64,000 nt of DNA from Octopus sinensis (taxonomy: Eukaryota): positions 104,036,001 to 104,100,000 of the forward strand of contig NC_043004.1 of NCBI RefSeq assembly GCF_006345805.1. Reading direction: 5' to 3'. Of the stretch, positions 53,528 through 64,000 are shown piece by piece. Both the position numbers and the translations under genes were made by a program. The notes beneath the pieces are model-generated. The model did no database searches, had not been told where the DNA came from, and worked only from the letters and a program-made list of their open reading frames with translations. Each line of letters opens with the position of its first letter. Within the stretch, counting starts at the first letter, position 1.

Positions 53528-54469
53528 CAGTGATACACGTTCGATGAAACCATCTAAGGTTTTATAATATAAAACATTATTAAGAAATACCAGAAAAGTG
53601 AATGTAACAGGTCCTATTTTGTAGGAATGTGACATGATTAAAAGAGACGAGAGAATACAACTCATTTTTTTAAAAATATTATTAATAATTTCTGATTTAA
53701 GCACAAAGCCGGCAAATCTGTGGTGTGATGATCAGTTGATTACATCTTTCTCGGGATTTCACTTGTACCTTATTTTGTCGACCCTGAAAGAATAAAAGGT
53801 AAAGTTGACCCACCTAGGATTTGAACTCGAAATGCAAAGAGCCCGAGGGAATACCGAAGCGTATTTTATCTGATACCCTAACAACTCTGCCAAACCACGA
53901 CCTTAAAAGAGAAAAAAACCGACAAAAACAGTGTTATTAATGATAAAAAATATGATAATTTTTTGCTTTGGCTCAAGGCAACAATTAGTCTCAGATTTTC
54001 ACAAATCCTTATTTGAGGCAAAATTAAAGTCGGCACTGGTGAGATTTGAACTTAGAACGTGTAAATATTGTAATGAATTTAATTCCAACATTCTACAAAT
54101 TCTACAACTTCTTTAATTGACTAAAGATGCATAACATATTGGTTTCAAATTTTGAAACAAGGTCAGCAATTTCGGGTAGGGTGTAAGTCAATTACATCGA
54201 TCCCTAATGGTACTTATTTCATCGATCCCGAAAGGATAAAAGTCAAAGCCGACCGCGGTGCAATTTGAACTCAGAACATAAAGACGGACGAAACGTTGCG
54301 AAGCGTTCTACTCGGAGTGCAAACGATTCTTCCAGCTCACCGCCTTTTCAAGCTACATAAATATATTGATATCTAAAATCGATAAAATGTCATGAATTGA
54401 TGGGGAGAGAAGTTATAGTGATTAAATGGTTCCTATTATTTGACTTGTATTTATTTAGATTGTTATGCC

Positions 54470-54990
54470 CTGGCTATGACTTTAAACTGCACCCGCTTGT
54501 GGGAACGTAGTTCAGGAGTTCTGGGATTAGCCACAATTGTTCCCAGGTCTGCCCTGACCCGGGGTAGCAGCACATGTCAAGGTCCTAGTTATGGGTTAAT
54601 TATCATGCCATGAAAGAAACCCTCGCTGCTTTGTGAGTTTCTTGAGAAAGTAAAAGGCTAAGGGAATCCACCTCGAGAGCAATTCAATGAGTGGAGTCCT
54701 TCAGACGGTCCGATGCCCGCTTTGACACCCCTCCGGTAACTCCAGTGTCCGTGGAGCTCTGTATACCTGTCAGGCAATTCACCTGGGAGAAGACCACTCT
54801 CATGTAAAACCTACAGCTTGCTGGTCAGCGCAGCCGTCTTAACCCGCTGAGCCACTGTGATCAGACATCCAAGAGTAGAGAGTAGGATCGGGATTCGCGG
54901 ATTAACTCTCACTCTGCAAACTCCCTACAAAGGGGTCGATACACCACCGTCGTCTTACCTGACTGGCCGGAAAACAGTGAACAACTGGCA
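54470..54990 (+). mobile_element. GC-richer segment resembling an RTE LINE 5' UTR
   Basis: gcaattcacctgggagaag..catgtaaaacctac motif resembles RTE leaders (from memory). Confidence 0.3.
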
Positions 54991-55709
54991 ACATTGATAA
55001 TAATGATTTCTATCATAGAAGCTTCCGTCAATCAGGGTTGACGGAAGTTTCTATGAGAAGTATACTTGGAAATTATCTTTCTGAAGCGCAATTTTTTTTT
55101 TTTTTTATGGAAGCCTGGAAGTTGCCTATGCAGAAAGGCTATCCTCTCTACGTCACTGATAAACCTTGGCGCCAGTGTTATAAAGAGTGCCGGAACAAAT
55201 ACAGCAAAGCATTTTATCCAACGCACTAACAATTTCAGCAATCGAACACCCTCAACTTGCAGGTTACTTTGTCGACCTCACAAGGTCACCGCGACAGCAC
55301 TACTGACCCCTGGACAACATTCTAGAGCCCTTATAAACACCGCTACAGCATATAAGCTTACACTGGATCCCTACATCCCCGAACAAGCGCCACGTGTGTC
55401 CATGCCTTAAGACGGCACAACGACCCAGGGAGGACGAAAGGGTGCGTTGACGCCAATGAGATCTAACATGGACACAAAAACCTTAAAAATTAGTATCACG
55501 GGGGTGATAAAATTGATTAAATCAACTGCTGTACTTGACTCGTAGTTATTTTATCGAGCTTAGATCTTTATAGGCAAATAATTTCTGCAAATAGTAAGAT
55601 TTTGCAATGTAAATATAATGTTACTGACGTCAGAAGTTTATAAATAAAAAATATAAGTCATAAAAAAAAAACTAATGCAGTCTATTTATATTCAGTCTGG
55701 CCCATCTAA

Positions 55710-55741
<32 letters not shown>

Positions 55742-55969
55742 GTATGTATGTGTGTATATATATATCAATTTGATTCAGTATTGAATTTTCTTTTAATAAA
55801 TATTTATTTTGTTCCATTTAAAGATATATTCCTCAAAATAGTATGCTTTGATTAAAAAAAAGTTCTTGGTTCTTAGTAATAACGGTAAAAGACTACAGCA
55901 CTCTCGAACTATATTTAAAGGAACTGTTAAATATAGATTGTTCTTGGTATATACATACATATGTATGTA

Positions 55970-56043
<74 letters not shown>

Positions 56044-56229
56044 TACACATACACATGTATATATATATGTGTGTGTGTGAGGGCGCATGGCCTAGTGGTT
56101 AGGTTGTTGCACTTTCGATCACAATATCGTGAGTTCGATTCCCGAGCGGTGCGTTGTGTTCTTCAGTAAAACATTTCATTTCACGATGCTCTGCGATCAT
56201 TTCTACATGTGACATGTGGCACACTTGTA

Positions 56230-57437
56230 CAGATAGAATATGGCTGGTAGATAAGAGTTTACTCAAAGGAGCCACCCTCAGTTTCCATCATAGCCTCAAC
56301 ACAGCTACAAAACCCGGAGTATACGTTCCTCACTGTGTCCCTCGGAAGATCTTCGAACACCTCCTTGATCTTGGCCGCCAGTTCGGCCTTGGTGTTGCAG
56401 GCAGAGCAGTTGTTGTCTTTCTCGACCGCGTCCTACAAAGTAGTAGTCCATGGGATTACAGTCGGTGGAATTAAGAGGCCAAACATTGGGGCTAGAGAAG
56501 CCGCGGAATTTCTCTGGAATTCACTTCTGACTCTTTCCGGGGGTATGGCAAGGCACCGAATCCTGCTGCCACACATATGACCTTCCAACAGCAACGCTCT
56601 CTAGTGAAGGTTTGACCACAGCCTCCCGTAAGCTTATATAGCTGTCTGAATTGAGCCTAAGGCCCTGTTCAGATATATGAGGAATCATGATGTCACACTC
56701 ATTGGAAACAGCTAAAAGCCATTACAATTTGGAGGAACTTGCTTTTCATTATACATGGGACATCACGTGGTCAGTAGGCAAGCCGTTTGTGTTCTGGGTG
56801 TAGTGCAACTGGTCCTGGCAGTAACTTCTTTTCATCTGAGAAGAACCAGATCATCCCTGGATGAACATGATGCCTCAGCGTGTTCGGGAACTTCTATGTC
56901 TTCGTCAAGTAGTCCTCTTTGGCCTTGGCTGCCAAAATCTGTCCCTTTCACCTCTTGTGCGAGTGGTAGCAAGGGTCTTCATTCAGAGCCAACTTCATGG
57001 TTACGACTCCAACACCCATCTCTCGACCAAACCCGGATTCCTTTGCTCAGATTTTCCATCAACTTGTCCCGCAATTGCTGGAAGAAGTCCAGAGTGAGGA
57101 CACAATCAGAACTCATGCTGTGTTCCTTCCTACTGGCCTCAGTTTTGTAGTCTCCGTCGCAGCAACCCATGTTACGTCTTACAGCCTTTGCAGTATTCAT
57201 AGAGCATTGAACAGTAGTCATGATGTCGGCATTTTGATACCCGGCGTGAATCATCATGATAGCGGGAACTCTTTTCCAATATTCAAATGGCTTCCAGTCC
57301 CCCGTGTCAATTAACTTTTACTCAACTACAACTTTAATATTTATGTTCTCCAACGCTGTTGACTGTTCACCAATGCATCATGCATTTCTTGTGAAAAGAA
57401 AACAGCAATCGTCAAATTTAGCCCGAATACCTTGTAT
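56230..57437 (-). mobile_element. Decayed Tc1/mariner DD37D (maT-like) transposon
   Basis: Minus strand: WFFSDEK, YVWQQDSVPCHT, NVWPLNSTDCNPMDY, CNTKAELAAKIKEVF; TIR-like tacaaggtattcgggctaaattt at 57437. Confidence 0.85.
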
Positions 57438-57439
57438 GC

Positions 57440-57535
<96 letters not shown>

Positions 57536-57537
57536 TA

Positions 57538-57622
<85 letters not shown>

Positions 57623-57710
57623 GGGAGAGTTTACGAAAAAAACCCAAAGAAGACAGGTGGTGTACAAAACAAACAGATGTATTTGTATAACGCTCAGGAA
57701 TAGAAAAAGT

Positions 57711-57746
57711 ATTTTACGTTTCGAGCCTACGCTCTTCTACAGAAAG
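57711..57746 (-). ncRNA. 36-nt hammerhead-like motif with CUGUAGA core and intact GAAA
   Basis: cttt-CTGTAGA-a-gagc-gtag-gctc-GAAAC-GTA-aaat; same family as 41683-41718. Confidence 0.6.
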
Positions 57747-58854
57747 GGACACAGAAAAAAACAAGGAGAGAAAAAATGTGTGTAGTGGCTAACGATCTAT
57801 CATGGCGACTGACTTCGGACAGAAGGGTCACACACGAGTGGGAAGAAGTAGGGGAAATAACAAAGTAAAGATGACCCCCAACACGAAGGTGCGTGTGTGT
57901 ATAAGAGAGTATGTATGTGCGTGTGAAATATATGTCAAGAGTAGGACGGAAAGAACACGACTAAAAACAACATACGGAAGAATAGACGATACCATAACAA
58001 ACCTGAAACTGGACAAAAACGAGAATCACGGACCATTCGCAGCAGATTTCCTCATCAGTCAGAGTCCGGAAAGTCCACGCGATTTCGCACTTTTTTTTTT
58101 TATCCCTGAGACCGTTCGAATCCAGTAAGTGCCAGAGCGTTAAGCTAAAAGCATTAATCCTCTGGGAAAAGCAAACGAATGTATGTACACAAGAATGAAA
58201 ACAAGAACACGAAAGCTAGAATGATACACATACAACAGATGAACGCCTTTCGGCTATACAACAAGACGAAAATAATCTTACATTTACAAATAAATAAATA
58301 ACAGAAAGGGTCTTTCGTCTATTAGACGAACGAAACGTGATGAATTCGAGTGCAGCAGAAAAAGAATTATACATATAGAATGGTCAACCACCTTTCGGCT
58401 ATAGAACAAAATGAAAATAATTGTACAATTACAACATAAATGAATAACAAAAAGAATATTTCGACTATCAGACGAACGCAGTAGGCTGACACAAAAGAGA
58501 AATGGCAAGTCTTAACAGGCCGAGCGGGAGGAGAGACGAACATGGCCGTCTAGGATGACGGCTGGTCGAAAAAGAGCAACAATGCTTTGGTTATACAGCG
58601 ATCACGTTGCAGGAAGAGGGACACAAACACACGTTTTATCAGTGGCGTGTAGTGCTTATTGTAAAAGGATGTGCACTGAACTACCGCGCTGACCTATTGT
58701 TCCTAAATATACACGACTATCCTTTTGTTTTTTTTTTTTAGTGTCTAGTATTATCAGATTTGAAAACAACAAAAGCAACAGTAACAATCGTGATAACAAT
58801 TTTATTTTTATTGGCCACAAATGTCGAGGAAAACATTTTAGACAAAGCACATTA

Positions 58855-59262
58855 CTCTTTTACTTGTTTCAGTCATTTGACTGTGGCAATGCTGGAGCAC
58901 CGCCTTTAGTCGAGCAAATCGACCCCAGGACTTATTCTTTGTAAGCCTAGTACTTATTAAATCGGTCTCTTTTGCCGAACCGCTAAGTAACGGGGACGTA
59001 AACACACCAGCATCGGTTGTCAAGCAATGCTAGGGGGACAAACACAGACACACAAACACACACATACATACATATATATACATATATATATATATATACA
59101 ACGGGCTTCTTTCAGTTTCTGTCTACCAAATCCACTCACAAGGCTTTGGTCTGCCCGAGGCTATAGTAGAAGACACTTGCCCAAGGTGCCACGCAGTGGG
59201 ATTGAACCCAGAACCATGTGGTTGGTAAGCAAGCTACTTACCACACAGCCACTCCTACGCCA
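58855..59262 (-). mobile_element. SINE family A, full length
   Basis: Reverse complement of the family A sequence. Confidence 0.92.
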
Positions 59263-60929
59263 CATGTATAGAAAATGTGTAAAGAATCTAAAAGAAAAAC
59301 AATAACAATTAAATACTTCAACAGTGGGGAAACAGCGCCCAGTGGAAACTAAAGAACCCCACAGATCCCAAGCCATCCAATTCCCCAGCCTTTAAACACC
59401 AGCTTAAAGCAAGCCCACTCACTGGAACCATCCACGTCACGTTCGTCTATCTTTCAACAAATTTACTGGGGGTGGGGACTACACATTTCTTCCACCCTCA
59501 CCTTTCTTTTCAAATGGGATTTTAAAATGTCGATAAAGGCTTGGCCCAAGAGGAAATTATCTTGTCTTCAGTTATTTCAATCTCATCCAACACACCTCCT
59601 TTGCTGTAGCTACCAGACAGAAGGAAACTGCCTGCCCTTCCCAGGAGTCAGCCGAAAGCCGGATCCGTCCTACATCGAGATAACAGCTGTTGAACATAGC
59701 CCCACAAGTCAACCATGCTCGAGCCCTTTACGAACGTGAGAAGGACGGTTTGTCGCGCTGCGCACATTGGACTTCCCACCTCAATAGGGAAATTATGCCT
59801 CAGTATTTTATTACTCCAATCCAGCATCGTTATTTTCGAATTTTGTGGAGCTGTGAAAGTGCTTGACACGAGGACCTCTCCTTTGTTTCGATGTTTTCCT
59901 TTCTTGAGATAAACGACATGAGTAATTTTATTTGTGTTTCTTATCAACACAAAGTTTGCTCGGGACGTTTTGTTGTGTATCAGTCTACTGTATGTATTTT
60001 CTTTTGATGAGATGGGTGTTGTTGCTGGTCGTGGTGGTAGCGTGTAGTAGATTTGTCTATGTTTGGTGTGGGTATGGTTTCGGTGATGCTGTCGTGACTG
60101 TGTAGCTCTTTCAGGGTGGATGATTTCTTTTAAATACCCCAGTCCCACTTATTTTATTTGCTAGGTTGTCCCTCCATCCGAAGATGATGTTTCCACGCTG
60201 GAAAGATCCGATGCTGAGAAGATCGAAGGTATGTTTATGTGTGTTTATGTGCTTGTTTGCAAAAGATAGTGGGAGAAGGGGAAGTAATAGAGATGACGGT
60301 TAGATGGGTATTTTCCTGGGTGGTGGGTTTAGGTTTTGTTGCTGTAGCGGAAGCATGAGCGTTCTTGAACTTTAGCTGCCCACATTGTAGCTTTTTACTT
60401 TTAACTACCCATTTTGATTCACCACGTGATAGTTGGATAGATTTAGTCTTACTTGGGCTGCCCACACCTTTAACGTGAAGGACTAGCCTTGCGTCTATTC
60501 ATCAGCTATAAAATTAGAAATTTTCGCTCATTAGCTACTTAGGGAGGAGAGTTTTGCTACGAGCGACCTGAAACTTTGATGTGAGAACATTTTGATTTCA
60601 CTTTGCAGTTTTCAGCTTGAACAGAATTCAAACTAGAATCCTTGAGGTTATGCTTCACGTCTTAACAACATTTAAATAGAATTGTAGTCAGAACTTTTGT
60701 GATGCTGTATTTCAGGTTTTTCTAACTTCAGTTTTATGAGCATTTAAAACTATACAATGTAGCGACAATTATTAATGTCCTACCAATTTGCTGTATCTAA
60801 TTTAGCAGTAGTAATTAATATTCCCTTGCGGTAAATTGCAACTTGCCTTTGAATGTGTTTATTATTATCTATCCCGAATTCATGTAACAGAGGACAATGT
60901 ATCAGACCCCAAAACCGCAATTCATACAA

Positions 60930-61520
60930 CCACGTACATATGTGATCGATAAACTACAGTTATTGTTCTTGCAGCTACTGCTCTTGTTCCTTTTGCTGCT
61001 GATGTTCCCTTACTATTGCCTGCTGTTACTGTTGCGGAGGCTGCAGCATCGGCAGCAGTATGTATGGTGTGTGTGTTGGGGGGAGTTTCTCCCTTCCTAC
61101 TTTTTGTTGGAGACAGAATGCTCTGAAGAGGCCATTCGCACCTCACAAGTGTCATATGGGCTTTCAGCTCTCAACCACAACACGTAGATCCACTTCGTTT
61201 GGTAGGTAAATTAGGTCTGGGATCTTTTCCACATCTTCCAGTTTGACCTAGAAGAGGATCTCCAATGTGCCCCCAAACCACAGCTTTCTGTTCATTTTAC
61301 TTCGAAGAGTGTATTGCTTCCATTTAAAGTGACCCAAACTACCAACCAGATGTCCAACCCAGGTGGAACTCTCTCTTTCACTCTTGATGCGACAGGTCCT
61401 TCTCCCTGAAAATGTTGGGTAAAGAGAAAGCTTCTAGTGGCGTATGGAAACTATGGAGTACTTCGCTCTTTAAGAGGACCTTCATACCCCGGAACTGCTT
61501 TACCCTAGCGACATGCTTTA
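60930..61520 (-). pseudogene. Decayed Tx1/L1-like ORF1 (gag-like zinc knuckle)
   Basis: PTFSGRRTCR..RVPPGLDI..IYLPNEVDLRVVVES*KPI*HL.GANGLFRAFC resembles a CCHC-knuckle ORF1 with stops. Confidence 0.5.
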
Positions 61521-61976
61521 CGTCTGTCCATATTTATTTCAGGTCTCCGGTTACCTAGGCGTACATCGCTGCTTCAAGGCGTCGAGTTTTAGAACTCACA
61601 CAGTGATACACTACCTTCGTCCTGACTAAAAAAAAAAAAAAGTTAATTAGAATAATTACCCTATAGATTAGTCAATAATTGCTTAATTGGTTTAGCAAAA
61701 TTCTTGGTGCATAATCAGTGGCTGTATCGGTGATGATGTACTAGGGTCTCTGCTCAACTCTACTCTTTGCTTGGTTTCACACCAAGGAAGTGAAATACAA
61801 TCAGTGTGTGTGATGTATAAGTAATATGAGGACTTGCCAAAGTACAATAATATCAGTTTCAATGCAAAACTTCACGTTAAGAATTCGCTCAAATTACGGA
61901 AACGAAATGTGTTATACATATATATTTTATATATATATAAATGTATATATATATATATAGAACTTACTTTGAGAAG

Positions 61977-62030
<54 letters not shown>

Positions 62031-62089
62031 ACACAAACAGACAGACTGACTGACAAGGCATTCTGTCTGACTCTCTAACCAATATAGAC

Positions 62090-63397
<1,308 letters not shown>

Positions 63398-63734
63398 ACA
63401 GGTGTGGTCGCCGTTTGTGAGGCACGCATTCCGCAACTTGTCTCCATGACCGAACTACAGTCGTGGATCAAAAAGAGGCCGAGGAAGGGCGAATGGCACC
63501 GCGAGTGTCGCGTTGCTCTCAAGCAACTCTGCCGTCCGGGTCGACCTTGAGTGACTTCAACACAACCAAAGCATTCTATAGGGGATTAGTGGAGGGGAGG
63601 TACGACGACGAGCTCGGGGCAAACCTGGGCGTAGACGAGGAATACCTGACCCGCCTGTTTCAAACGACTTTCGGCCCGGGACCTATGGACAACTTCCAGA
63701 GATCCCTGGCCTGGCGGTGCTACCGAGAAGCGCT
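63398..63734 (+). mobile_element. Inverted duplicate of the LINE 5' segment (fold-back of 63047-63385)
   Basis: ~337-bp near-perfect reverse complement, 12-nt spacer, about 4 differences by eye. Confidence 0.92.
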
Positions 63735-63789
63735 AGATAGATAGATAGATAATGTACCTACCTATCTATCTACCGGTAGCGGATATCGA

Positions 63790-63829
63790 TTGTTGATAAG
63801 GCGCAAAACGCCGAAATCATGAGATACAA
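63790..63829 (+). ncRNA. Hammerhead-like motif with variant core (UUGAUAA)
   Basis: ttg-TTGATAA-ggcg-caaaa-cgcc-GAAA-tc-atga-ga-TA-caa. Confidence 0.5.
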
Positions 63830-64000
63830 CAGTACGTCATCGGTGTTGAGCATTTCTCGTCGGCTACCGACACCCCTGAGCTTTTATATGCTAGACACCT
63901 ATAAGAGAGACATTCTCAGGTCGAATACTGCAGTATAACAACTCGCTTCTATCATACATCCACATTAAGTAGGACATAAAGTTTACCATTCGGTAATAAT

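Noticed and set aside
57990-58500. Hammerhead-like bits (ctgatgagg, gccgaaaggc, ctgatagtcgaaa)
   Set aside because: Cannot be assembled into a complete three-stem core

Overview
AT-rich eukaryotic, repeat-saturated DNA. The SINE families and microsatellite load look like an Octopus (coleoid cephalopod) genome; this is inferred from remembered repeat families, not from a search. No complete, recognisable host gene is present. Most ORF-track entries are microsatellite or antisense artefacts. Real content: dozens of tRNA-derived SINEs (about four families); fragments of Penelope-like (RT + GIY-YIG), Tx1/L1-like, CR1, RTE and R4/Dong retrotransposons; mariner, maT, hAT and Merlin-like DNA elements; a 100-N gap; and a few candidate exons of an unidentified plus-strand gene. 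The most interesting signal is a set of about ten dispersed minimal type I hammerhead-ribozyme motifs from several Penelope-like non-coding families. Their stem III is a covarying palindrome (ACAGCTGT, ACGATCGT, ACAATTGT, ACATATGT, ACGT), some have atypical catalytic cores, and several sit in fold-back inverted repeats next to (TA)n tracts. Also notable is a young Tx1-like LINE inserted in (GATA)n with a ~337-bp fold-back 5' inversion, whose 3' tail is shared with a SINE family.
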